Of a DNA stretch of 64,000 nucleotides, positions 37,188-46,341 are shown piece after piece. Made by a program: the position numbers and the translations under genes. The notes below the pieces were generated by a model. That model was not told where the DNA came from, searched no databases, and saw nothing but the letters and a program-made list of their open reading frames with translations. The DNA is from a virus. The first letter of the stretch is position 1, and each line of letters opens with the position of its first letter. The stretch lies in IMG/VR virus record IMGVR_UViG_3300045988_147882. One strand, given 5' to 3'.

Positions 37188-37709
37188 ATGGCAGATTTTG
37201 ATGAATTACATAGAGTTATTCATTCCATTGCATCCGGGTTTGAAGAGGAATGTATTAGGTGTATGGAAGAACATAAGAATGTGCTCGTTGATTGCATTCA
37301 GGAGCAATTATATTCCGGTCTGGACGGTACTGAACATCTATTGAATCCTGATTATGATACTGACACCTATTTTAACGAGCCCGGTCCTTGGCAGAACCGT
37401 GCGGAACAATATAAACGATGGAAGGAGAGGATAACTCCACCTCTTAGAAGTGAGATGCTTTATTTGCCACCGCGTCCGGTTGAGGTACCTAACCTCTTTA
37501 TTACTGGTACTTTCTATGATAGCATAACTGCCGATAGAATTGATTCCGGGCTTCGATTCTCAACGAAAGGATTTACGGACGGTAGTTCTATTGAGAAGAA
37601 ATACGGTGAGCAGATTTTAGGCATTGGTGATACAGCTAAAGAGTACTTTAATATTATGTATCTCCGTCCCTGGATGGAACGTTTCTTTTCAGAATGTGGA
37701 TATCGGTAG
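37188..37709 (+). CDS. Hypothetical protein at the tail-assembly-chaperone position (G-like)
   Basis: 173-aa ORF ending in TAG at 37707-37709. The next ORF is in the same frame. Confidence 0.5.
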   Translation: MADFDELHRVIHSIASGFEEECIRCMEEHKNVLVDCIQEQLYSGLDGTEHLLNPDYDTDTYFNEPGPWQNRAEQYKRWKERITPPLRSEMLYLPPRPVEVPNLFITGTFYDSITADRIDSGLRFSTKGFTDGSSIEKKYGEQILGIGDTAKEYFNIMYLRPWMERFFSECGYR

Positions 37710-37712
37710 AAA

Positions 37713-37901
37713 ATGGCTTGTAGTTGCGAAATAAAAAAGATGCAGAGTGAACTGGAACGTATCAGTGATCTTGCAAAGAAAGCAGCTGTCTTGGATGGTT
37801 GCATGTATGTCGTTTATCAGAAAGAAGATGGTACCTATGCTTTTGATAAACTAGGAGTTGAGATAAAAGGAAAGATTGTTGAATATAGACATTACCTGTA
37901 A
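37713..37901 (+). CDS. Hypothetical protein at the chaperone-extension position (T-like)
   Basis: 62-aa ORF, same frame as 37188..37709, separated from it only by TAG-AAA. Confidence 0.45.
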   Translation: MACSCEIKKMQSELERISDLAKKAAVLDGCMYVVYQKEDGTYAFDKLGVEIKGKIVEYRHYL

Positions 37902-37903
37902 TT

Positions 37904-40900
37904 ATGGCAGATTTAAAATTAAAAGATTTCGTTGAAGATAGTGAGATTCAAAAGTTGATTGAACTTGATAATACTATTGGTAAAGTAAGGGAAACTTATA
38001 AAAATGCAGCTATTGAGCTTGCAAAAGGTCTAAAGATAAATGTGGACGGCATCGCTGACTTGGAGAAGTTAGGTAACATTTATAAAACTCAAGTTAAAGT
38101 TGCAGGTTCTGCATCTAACGAATTAACAGAGGCTCTTAGAAAACAGTCTGAAATAACCCAAGCCGTAAGCAAGAGGATAGAGGAAAAGTTAAATGTAGAA
38201 AAACTGTCTTCTGCTGAATTAAAGAAACTCACTAAGGCTAATCAAGATAATGCTGTGTCCTTGGAAAAAGCAGCTAAAGCGGAAGCTAACTTGACAAAAG
38301 CGCAGAATGTCGGTAATACTACTCGTAAGAAAGCTGTTCTATCTGAAGAAGAACGTTTAAAGATTATCCGGTCGGCAATAATACTAACTAATCAGGAAGT
38401 ACACAGTCGTTCCCAGGCAAAGGAAATGAATAAGCAGCTTCAAAAGGCTGTTGATTTACTGAAAGATACTGATGAGAATTATATTCGTACGCTTGCCCGT
38501 CTTAATTCTACAATCGGAATCAATACCGATTACATAAAGCGAAATTCCGATCGATATAGTCAACAGAAAATGACCATCGGTGCATATCGGGAAGAAGTAA
38601 AGGCGGCATGGATTGAAATACAGAACGGTAATAAGTCCATGCAGAATATGGGTATTATTGCCCGGAATGCTGGAATGATGCTTAAAACGGAGATGGCTCC
38701 TGGGCTAAACAAAGTTGGTGCAGGATTGAAAGGGTGGGCTGCTGGATATATTGGTGCACAAGCTGTTGTTAGTGGAGTTGTTGCTCTTTTCACTAAACTT
38801 CGTGAGGGTGTAGGTAGTGTTGTTGAATTTGAATTTGCTAATAGCCGGCTTGCTGCAATACTCGGTACCACATCAGACCAAATAAAAGAATTAACTCTTG
38901 ATGCTAAAAGGTTGGGAGCTACAACTAAATATACAGCTTCTGAAGCTACCGAATTGCAGATTGAATTAGCGAAATTAGGTTTTACAAGAAAAGAAATATT
39001 AGATGCAACAGAATCTGTTTTACGTTTTGCTCAAGCTACCGGTGCAGAGTTGGGAGAGGCTGCTTCGTTGACAGGAGCTGCATTAAGAATGTTTAATGCT
39101 GATACCCGTGAGACTGAACGCTATGTATCTGCAATGGCTGTTGCGACAACAAAGAGTGCATTGTCTTTTTCATATCTTGCTACTGCACTTCCAATCGTGG
39201 GGCCAGTAGCTAAAGCGTTTAATTTCTCTATTGAAGATACTTTAGCATTGGTTGGTAAGTTGGCAGATGCAGGATTTGATGCTTCAATGTCTGCTACTGC
39301 TACTCGTAATATTCTTCTAAATTTAGCCGATACAAACGGGGTACTTGCCAAGTCGTTAGGTGGTCCGGTGAGAACATTACCTGAATTGGTCGCTGGATTG
39401 CAAAAATTGAAAGAGCAGGGAGTAGATTTGAATAGTACTCTTGAAATGACAGATAAACGAAGTGTCGCTGCTTTCAACGCTTTTTTAACTGCTGCCGATA
39501 AAATAGTTCCTTTGCGTGACCAGATTACAGGTGTTGAGAGTGAATTAGGGAACATGGCTTATACTATGGAAGATAATGCAAAGGGAGCAATTGCCAGTTT
39601 AAGTTCTGCTTGGGAAGCTCTCATGATTTCTTTGGGAAAGAATACTGGCGTTTTATCTGGAATTATAAATGAATTTACTGAACTTGTTCGTTCTATGCGT
39701 GCTGTTATTGCTACTGCTGAAGAGCTTGGTGAAGAAAGATTAGCCAATGCAGCTCGTAACGGTCAAGAAGCTGCTAAATTGGATAAGGAATGGGTTAAAT
39801 CTAAGGAGGAAAGTATTGATAGGGTCGCTTTGAAATATAGAAAAGAGGGAGTTGACGGTGCAGAAGCTTTTGAGAAAGCTAGAGGAGAACAACTTAAAAT
39901 ATTGGAAAGAACTTTATCACAAGAAGAAGCTAGATTGCAACTTTATACTAAACGAAACCAAAAGCAGTGGAGTGAGTATAATAATCGTAGTTTATTGAAA
40001 CAAGGCCTAGGGCTTCAAAAAACTACTAATCAGATGAAAAAAGACATAGATGAGTCTTTCAAGCTTGTTGAAGAGCAAACTGCATATGTTGCTGGGTTGA
40101 AAGAAAAAATGGAGCAAATCAAAGGTATTACCAATGATTATCAAGAGGAAAATATGGGAAGTACATTTAACAAACCTCTCACAGATAAAGAAAAACGTGA
40201 ACTGGAGAAAGCTGCTAAGGAAAAACAAAAGATTAAAGAAACTTATCAAGAATCTGAACTCGCCCTCATGGATGAAGGCTTAGAAAAGGAACTTGCTAAA
40301 ATTGGTTTAGCGTACTCAAAGAAGATTGCTGCTGTTAAGGGTTATAGTAAAGAAGAAATTGCTATTCGTCAGAATTTGGCGAAAGAAATGCAGGATAAAT
40401 TAGATGAATTCTCTATTAAGTATAATTCTGACCGTGAAAAGAAAGATGTTGAGAACGCTCTTGCTGTTGTAAAAAAGGGGTCCCAAGAAGAACTTGATTT
40501 GAAATTGCACCAGTTGGAGTTGCAACGTGAAGCAGAAATTGATGCAGCGGAGAAAACAGGTGAAGATGTTTTTCTCATTGACGAAAAATATGCAAAAAAG
40601 AAACAAGAACTTAACGAAAGACATGCATCCGATCAGGTGCAGTTAATTGCAGAGAATGCAGCGCATGAGCAGGAAATCCGGGATGCTGCATATGTTATGG
40701 ATACGCTTGCTCTTAAAAAACAGTTAGCTTCTAAGGAAATAACCCAGCAGGAGTATGCAGAACTTGAATATCAGCTAAAATTAAACTATGCACGTAAAAC
40801 TGCTGAAGCAGCTATTGATGCTTTGGAGTCCGAACTTGCTACTGCCAATTTGAGTACGGATAAAAGGGAGAAACTAGAGGAGAAACTTGCTAAATTGAAA

Positions 40901-41830
40901 GCAGACCTTGCCCAAAAAGAAGCAGAAGCGGAGATTGAGGCTATCAATAAGGTTACTAAAGCGGATGAGAAAGCTCAGAAAGAGCGTCAGAAAAACTTGA
41001 AAAAGTGGCTTCAAACTGCATCTCAAGCTGTGGGGACCATTGGAAACTTAGTCTCTTCTATTTATGATGGACAGATTCAGAAAATAGAGGAAGAACGGGA
41101 AGCCAATGAGGAAAAGTATGATGAGGATATTGAACGAATAGAGAACTTAGCAGAATCGGGGGCCATATCTGAAGAGGAAGCAGAAGCACGTAAACGTGCA
41201 GCAAAGGATCAGACTGAAGCCAAGAATAAAGAGCTGGAAAGGCAAAAGCAAGAGATTGCGCATAAGCAAGCTGTTTGGAACAAAGGGGTACAAGTAGCAG
41301 AAACGGGAATTGCGACGGCTCGTGGTATTATGGAGGCTTTCCAGTTAGGTCCGATTGCCGGTGCTGTTATGGCTGCTGTTATCGGGGCAATGGGGGCTAT
41401 GCAAGTAGCAACAATTCTTGCAACTCCTATTCCTTCCTATGCAGACGGTACTAAAGGTAATGATAGGCATCCCGGCGGTACCGCTTTAGTTGGTGATGCC
41501 GGTAAACATGAAGTTATCATGTATTCCGGAAAAGCATGGATTACTCCTGATGCTCCAACTTTAGTTGATATTCCTAAAGGTGCACAAGTCTTTCCTGATG
41601 TTGATAAGGTAGATATCTCTAATTTTGATATGCCGGATTGGGACTTTCCTACATTTTCACCGACATATTTTGCATCTTCTTCCGGTGACACCATTGTTTT
41701 CAATGATTATTCCCGATTAGAAAAAAGGGTTGATAGAACAAATTTTCTTTTGATGAAGAGTCTTAAAATGCAGCGTCAGGATGCTTCTAACCGTGAATTT
41801 GAACTGTATAAGTTATCTAAACTGAAATAG
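37904..41830 (+). CDS. Tail tape measure protein
   Basis: 1308 aa. Long coiled coils and a TP901-type core (LAAILGTTSDQIKELTLDAKRLGATTKYTASEATELQIELAKLGF). Confidence 0.9.
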   Translation: MADLKLKDFVEDSEIQKLIELDNTIGKVRETYKNAAIELAKGLKINVDGIADLEKLGNIYKTQVKVAGSASNELTEALRKQSEITQAVSKRIEEKLNVEKLSSAELKKLTKANQDNAVSLEKAAKAEANLTKAQNVGNTTRKKAVLSEEERLKIIRSAIILTNQEVHSRSQAKEMNKQLQKAVDLLKDTDENYIRTLARLNSTIGINTDYIKRNSDRYSQQKMTIGAYREEVKAAWIEIQNGNKSMQNMGIIARNAGMMLKTEMAPGLNKVGAGLKGWAAGYIGAQAVVSGVVALFTKLREGVGSVVEFEFANSRLAAILGTTSDQIKELTLDAKRLGATTKYTASEATELQIELAKLGFTRKEILDATESVLRFAQATGAELGEAASLTGAALRMFNADTRETERYVSAMAVATTKSALSFSYLATALPIVGPVAKAFNFSIEDTLALVGKLADAGFDASMSATATRNILLNLADTNGVLAKSLGGPVRTLPELVAGLQKLKEQGVDLNSTLEMTDKRSVAAFNAFLTAADKIVPLRDQITGVESELGNMAYTMEDNAKGAIASLSSAWEALMISLGKNTGVLSGIINEFTELVRSMRAVIATAEELGEERLANAARNGQEAAKLDKEWVKSKEESIDRVALKYRKEGVDGAEAFEKARGEQLKILERTLSQEEARLQLYTKRNQKQWSEYNNRSLLKQGLGLQKTTNQMKKDIDESFKLVEEQTAYVAGLKEKMEQIKGITNDYQEENMGSTFNKPLTDKEKRELEKAAKEKQKIKETYQESELALMDEGLEKELAKIGLAYSKKIAAVKGYSKEEIAIRQNLAKEMQDKLDEFSIKYNSDREKKDVENALAVVKKGSQEELDLKLHQLELQREAEIDAAEKTGEDVFLIDEKYAKKKQELNERHASDQVQLIAENAAHEQEIRDAAYVMDTLALKKQLASKEITQQEYAELEYQLKLNYARKTAEAAIDALESELATANLSTDKREKLEEKLAKLKADLAQKEAEAEIEAINKVTKADEKAQKERQKNLKKWLQTASQAVGTIGNLVSSIYDGQIQKIEEEREANEEKYDEDIERIENLAESGAISEEEAEARKRAAKDQTEAKNKELERQKQEIAHKQAVWNKGVQVAETGIATARGIMEAFQLGPIAGAVMAAVIGAMGAMQVATILATPIPSYADGTKGNDRHPGGTALVGDAGKHEVIMYSGKAWITPDAPTLVDIPKGAQVFPDVDKVDISNFDMPDWDFPTFSPTYFASSSGDTIVFNDYSRLEKRVDRTNFLLMKSLKMQRQDASNREFELYKLSKLK

Positions 41831-41832
41831 TC

Positions 41833-42414
41833 ATGATTGAAAGATTAAATCAGATAACATTGAATGATTTCATTGAGCTTTCATGCGGAAACTATGCTTG
41901 TTTGCTTTCGGGTCGCGAATTTGTGTCAGAGAGCACGCTTAAAGAGATAGCATCTAAATTGCTCATTGAATACAGAAGTATTGTTAATCCTTCAAATATG
42001 AAGGCTATGGTAATGGACAAAGAGGATATGCTGAAAGAACGTGCCAAACTATTGAGTCTTCGTATTTGTCAGGCTCTTGTTTCTCTTGGCTTTTATGATG
42101 ATGTTCGTCAGGTATTGGGTCAACTAAATGTAGATACCCGAAATATGAGTGATGAGCAAGTTATATCGAAGCTTGATTATTTACTTCATTCTGCAATTTT
42201 TGAGCAAAAACGGAATGAGGAGAGACGCAGTGAGGAACATAAAGGAAGTAAGGCTACTCCTGAACAAATTCGTTCTTCTTTTGATGCAGAGATTGCTTTT
42301 CTAATGACATTCTTTAAAATGAGTATTGATTCCCGTGTAATTAATGCTGCTGTCTATGCGAATATCGTTCATCAAGCTGATGTTGAAATATCGATCAGAA
42401 AAAGAAGCACATGA
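41833..42414 (+). CDS. Hypothetical protein
   Basis: 193-aa ORF after the tape measure. Confidence 0.5.
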   Translation: MIERLNQITLNDFIELSCGNYACLLSGREFVSESTLKEIASKLLIEYRSIVNPSNMKAMVMDKEDMLKERAKLLSLRICQALVSLGFYDDVRQVLGQLNVDTRNMSDEQVISKLDYLLHSAIFEQKRNEERRSEEHKGSKATPEQIRSSFDAEIAFLMTFFKMSIDSRVINAAVYANIVHQADVEISIRKRST

Positions 42415-42480
42415 TAATATTGGTATTACATATATGCTGTAATTCGATTAATTTTTAATTAAAGCGAATTATTTCATACA

Positions 42481-42521
42481 GTCGTTTGTACATCTCCTTT
42501 AGAATCACAAACGACTTTTTT
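42481..42521 (+). terminator. Rho-independent terminator at the left edge of the sigma/HicAB island
   Basis: GTCGTTTGT (42481-42489) / ACAAACGAC (42507-42515) followed by TTTTTT. Confidence 0.6.
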
Positions 42522-42809
42522 ATGAATAAAAAAAACAGCATCCATTGTATAAATAGGCATTTATACAATGTTTTATTGTCAGAATTACGTACATTAGAGA
42601 CGAAGTGTAATCGGATAACAGCAGAAGTGTCCGAGGTAAAAAAAATGATTGCCTTATTGCCCCCCGATATAGGCACTCTTATTAGTTCAATCGAGCGTTC
42701 TGCTAAGGAAATGCACGAACAAAGTATCATGCACCGGAAATATGTGGAAAGGTGCATTAATGGCGAACCGAAGATACACCTAATAAGGAGGGCTGACAAT
42801 GGACTTTGA
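42522..42809 (+). CDS. Hypothetical protein co-transcribed with the sigma factor (possible partner or regulator)
   Basis: ATG sits right after the terminator T-run. The ORF overlaps the sigma start by 11 nt. The track start is 42486 (TTG). Confidence 0.4.
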   Translation: MNKKNSIHCINRHLYNVLLSELRTLETKCNRITAEVSEVKKMIALLPPDIGTLISSIERSAKEMHEQSIMHRKYVERCINGEPKIHLIRRADNGL

Positions 42810-43272
42810 AAAGGAATTATCAGAAATATATCCTTGGATATTAAAGGTGGCAAGAAAATTCTGCTGTTCCATGCAAGATGCTGAAGACTTAGCCGGTGAT
42901 ACAGTTTATAAGCTACTTGTGAATCGTGATAAATTTGATTGTTCTAAACCGCTTCAACCGTGGTGCCTTATTATAATGAGGAATACTTATATAATAAGAT
43001 ACAATAGAAATTCCCTTATACATTTTACAGGGCTTGATATGGTAGACGGAAGTGCCATTTCTAACTGTACAGCTCATTCAATACTGTTTGATGATTTGGT
43101 TTCCATAATACAACGGTGTGCTAAAAAATCCCGTTGTATTGATAGTGTGATGTATTATGCTAGTGGGTATTCTTATGATGAGATAAGTGAAATCCTGAAC
43201 ATTCCTGTTGGAACTGTAAGAAGTCGTATTTCTTCCGGTCGGAAGTTTCTGCTTCATGAAATTGGATATTGA
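42799..43272 (+). CDS. ECF-type sigma-70 family factor
   Basis: Region 2 (DAEDLAGDTVYKLL ... PWCLIIMRNTYI) and region 4 HTH (YSYDEISEILNIPVGTVRSRISSGRKFL). Confidence 0.75.
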   Translation: MDFEKELSEIYPWILKVARKFCCSMQDAEDLAGDTVYKLLVNRDKFDCSKPLQPWCLIIMRNTYIIRYNRNSLIHFTGLDMVDGSAISNCTAHSILFDDLVSIIQRCAKKSRCIDSVMYYASGYSYDEISEILNIPVGTVRSRISSGRKFLLHEIGY

Positions 43273-43336
43273 TGATCGATTAAAAGTGTATGGAAATAAC
43301 TTTTTTCATAAATATAGCAAAATAGTTATATTTTTA

Positions 43337-43368
43337 TTTGGTGGTTTATAGCAAAAACGCTATATTTG
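43337..43368 (+). promoter_or_regulatory. Bacteroides-type promoter for hicAB
   Basis: TTTG at 43337-43340, a 20-nt spacer, then TATATTTG at 43361-43368. Confidence 0.5.
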
Positions 43369-43398
43369 TATCGTCTTAAATAAACGGTCTTTTACATT

Positions 43399-43584
43399 AT
43401 GAAGTACAATCAGTTTTTTGCGGAACTTACCGCAGCAGGTTGTTACGTTCTTAGGCATGGGGCTAATCATGATATTTGGTACAGCCCCAAGACAGGAAAC
43501 AAATTTGCCCTGTCAAGGCATGGCAAACAGGAAGTGCCTACCGGAATGGAACGTAAAGCAAGAAAGGTTCTTTTGGGGGAGTAA
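43399..43584 (+). CDS. hicA: HicA-like mRNA interferase toxin
   Basis: 61 aa. HGANHDIW ... LSRHGKQEVPTGMERKARKVL fits the HicA pattern. Confidence 0.7.
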   Translation: MKYNQFFAELTAAGCYVLRHGANHDIWYSPKTGNKFALSRHGKQEVPTGMERKARKVLLGE

Positions 43585-43675
43585 TCCCCCTACCTTTTGC
43601 GCTTTATTATCTAAAGGACTGTAAATGTTGAGACAATGGGGTACGGTATATTGCCGTACTCCTATTTTTAAAGCA

Positions 43676-44077
43676 ATGGATATGAAAGTAACTGTAATCA
43701 TGGAAAAGGCGAGCGATGGGTATTACTCATGCTTTGTCGAGGAAGATTTACCCGGCTTTGGTTTGGCAGGGTATGGAGATACGGCGGAAGCCGCGAAAGA
43801 GGATATGATGAAAGCATATGAGGAAATAAAGGAGATGCAGGCAGAAGAAGGCAAGGAAATGCCGGAATTGGAGTTTATCTACAAATATGATATGCAGTCT
43901 TTCTTCAACTATTTCTCATTCCTGAATGTTACTAAGGTTGCAGAGTTGGCAGGTATCAATGCTTCATTGATGAGACAATATACTTCCGGTGTGACAGTAG
44001 CCGGACAAAAACAATATGATAAGATACGGGTAGCGGTGGAACGTATATCTAAAGAACTTTCCGCAGCCACTTTCTAA
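43676..44077 (+). CDS. hicB: HicB-like antitoxin with C-terminal HTH
   Basis: KVTVIMEKASDGYYSCFVEEDLPGFGLAGYGDTAEAAKEDM (UPF0150/HicB N-domain). The track start is 43625; the internal ATG at 43676 is more likely. Confidence 0.7.
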   Translation: MDMKVTVIMEKASDGYYSCFVEEDLPGFGLAGYGDTAEAAKEDMMKAYEEIKEMQAEEGKEMPELEFIYKYDMQSFFNYFSFLNVTKVAELAGINASLMRQYTSGVTVAGQKQYDKIRVAVERISKELSAATF

Positions 44078-44123
44078 AGATAGTGTACCGCTGTGAAGCG
44101 AGACCGTTTTAAGACAAAGGCAG

Positions 44124-44159
44124 GCTCCGTTCCTTTATATATGGGTTCGGAGCTTTTTT
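44124..44159 (+). terminator. Terminator after hicB
   Basis: GCTCCG..CGGAGC followed by TTTTTT. Confidence 0.55.
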
Positions 44160-44280
44160 ATGAAAGTATTAATTTGTAAATTGAGAATGCAGAAAGTCAT
44201 AATTATTTTATGTTTTATCTATTGCGTTGAAAAATAAATAGTTATGTCTTGCTTTTGCAAAATGCAATTTTCAAGAATTT

Positions 44281-44309
44281 AGCCAATCGGGAAACCGGTT
44301 GGCTTTTTC
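44281..44309 (+). terminator. Strong terminator (GAAA tetraloop)
   Basis: AGCCAATCGG-GAAA-CCGGTTGGCT followed by TTTTT. Confidence 0.7.
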
Positions 44310-44311
44310 TA

Positions 44312-44319
44312 TATATTTG
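44312..44319 (+). promoter_or_regulatory. -7 box TATATTTG restarting distal tail gene transcription
   Basis: Exact TAnnTTTG match 27 nt before ATG 44346. Confidence 0.45.
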
Positions 44320-44345
44320 CTCGTGAACGTTCAAAACGAGTTAAA

Positions 44346-46337
44346 ATGCTTTGTAAATATGTACTTACAGTTGATAGTATTTCCTATGATATTCCCAAAT
44401 CTTGTATTCAGAATTGGGATGAAATAAAGTTTTCCCGTAAACGCTCCGGACTTGAAGGAATAACTAGAACCTTTACTTCAAAATTCCAGTTTGTGGGAGA
44501 AGCCTATGATCTCATATTGGAGGAGTATTTGAGCAAATACCTGGCTTCTAATGCTAGTATCACTGTTTATACTATAACTAATTCTCATACTTATGAAGAA
44601 TTCTTCAGTTGCCGACTGGATTTCGGTTCATTGACCTATGATGGAAATGCTGTTTCTATTAATTCGATAGATGATAGTGTCGCTAATATCATAAAGGCTA
44701 ACAAAGGAACGCAGTACGAATATTCGGTAGATGAGATAAAAGATGTATATCAGCTTTATTATGATTCTGTAAGTATGAATTATAGTCAACCGCATACATT
44801 AGGTGGTAATACTGTAGAAAATGATGCTTCTTTGCAATATATTGTAATTGACAAAGGAATATATGTAGAAGCTATAACATATTCGCTTCCCTTATATATT
44901 TCTGGTGGTGAACTTCCGTCACGGGATTCACCTCTTGAGTTTTATGATGCACCACAAGAATCGAAAGATGATCCAAATGTATTTGTTAAAGCCTTGTCCG
45001 ACATTGATATAGTATTGAATTTTAGTTTTGAATACTATATCAGTTATAGTGATGCGTATACAACTAAAGCTGAAATTGTTCTAGGTGGGCGTTACGAAGA
45101 TGGTCGTTTAGTCGAGTTGAAAAGATGGGGGTATAATAAGGGGGATGTTACTCCAAGTAATCTGAATGAATCCATCAAGATTCATCTGACTAAAGGGCAG
45201 GCTTTATTTTTTGATTTGAAGGTAACATTTAACAGAGTTAATGCTTCTACTGGCAATATTTATTTTCGTAATTTCAAATTTGAGACACGCTTTACTTCTC
45301 GAGCTAACCCTATCTATGTGGATGCAATAAGACCTATTGATGTGTTAAACCGATTGCTTAAAAGCATGAATGGTGGAAATGAAGGTATCTATGGTGAAAT
45401 AGCTTCAGGTGTTGATGAAAGGTTAGATAATTGCGTGATATTAGCTGCTGAAAGTATCCGTGGAATCCCCCAAGCTAAGCTATATACTTCTTATACAAAG
45501 TTTAAAAACTGGATGGAAACAGTTTTTGGCTTTGTGCCTGTGATCAATGGTGTCACTGTTTTTTTTAAACACCGGGACAAATTGTTTAGTGATAACAATG
45601 TAAAGGATTTAAATAGCAGCTTTTCTAGTTTTGAGTATAAGGTTGATTCATCAAGAATATATTCTTTGGTTAGGGTAGGATATGATAAACAGGACTATGA
45701 AAGTATGAATGGTCGTGACGAATTCCGATTTACTACTGAATATACTACTGGCATTGATATAACTGATAATGTATTAGAGTTGATTAGCCCTTACCGTGCT
45801 GATGTTTATGGAATTGAATTCTTATCGCAAAAGAGAGGCCAAGATACAACGGATAGTGAAAGTGACAATGATGTGTTTTTTGTTTGTGCCAGTACTACAT
45901 TACATGATAATGGCGGAGTACAAACATATAAAGAGTATAGGCTTATAAGGAGCGGTTGGGAAATAAGTGGTGTACTTGATCCTGAAACGATGTTTAATAC
46001 CATGTATTGGCAAGGAGGCATATTGCAAGCAAATGCCGGCTATATTGGTATGTTCACTAAAAAACTATCTTATTCTTCTTCTGACGGTAATAGTGATGTT
46101 GTTGTCAATGGTATAGGAATGAAAGATGATTTTAACGTTGAAAGTGGTATTATAACTTGTGGAGATGTTTCATTCACAACTTATAATGAAGATATTCCAC
46201 CAACAGATGATGAAACGATTAAAATCTTAAAAGATGATCTAGTTTACGAGGGCTACATCAAAGAGGTGAGTAGTACAGTTGAGAGAAACGAGGGAGTGAA
46301 GTATGATTTATTTGTCCGTTCAATAACAAAAGCCTAG
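44346..46337 (+). CDS. Distal tail / baseplate structural protein (putative)
   Basis: 663-aa ORF in the tail module. No motif recognised. Confidence 0.5.
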   Translation: MLCKYVLTVDSISYDIPKSCIQNWDEIKFSRKRSGLEGITRTFTSKFQFVGEAYDLILEEYLSKYLASNASITVYTITNSHTYEEFFSCRLDFGSLTYDGNAVSINSIDDSVANIIKANKGTQYEYSVDEIKDVYQLYYDSVSMNYSQPHTLGGNTVENDASLQYIVIDKGIYVEAITYSLPLYISGGELPSRDSPLEFYDAPQESKDDPNVFVKALSDIDIVLNFSFEYYISYSDAYTTKAEIVLGGRYEDGRLVELKRWGYNKGDVTPSNLNESIKIHLTKGQALFFDLKVTFNRVNASTGNIYFRNFKFETRFTSRANPIYVDAIRPIDVLNRLLKSMNGGNEGIYGEIASGVDERLDNCVILAAESIRGIPQAKLYTSYTKFKNWMETVFGFVPVINGVTVFFKHRDKLFSDNNVKDLNSSFSSFEYKVDSSRIYSLVRVGYDKQDYESMNGRDEFRFTTEYTTGIDITDNVLELISPYRADVYGIEFLSQKRGQDTTDSESDNDVFFVCASTTLHDNGGVQTYKEYRLIRSGWEISGVLDPETMFNTMYWQGGILQANAGYIGMFTKKLSYSSSDGNSDVVVNGIGMKDDFNVESGIITCGDVSFTTYNEDIPPTDDETIKILKDDLVYEGYIKEVSSTVERNEGVKYDLFVRSITKA

Positions 46338-46341
46338 AAAT

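Noticed and set aside
42455-42853. 132-aa minus-strand ORF
   Set aside because: It overlaps the + strand ORF that is translationally coupled to the sigma factor, and it overlaps the terminator at 42481-42521. The + strand reading is more coherent.
44160-44237. 25-codon hydrophobic mini-ORF (MKVLICKLRMQKVIIILCFIYCVEK) between the two terminators after hicB
   Set aside because: It is too short and unsupported to call. I noted it only as a possible small membrane peptide.
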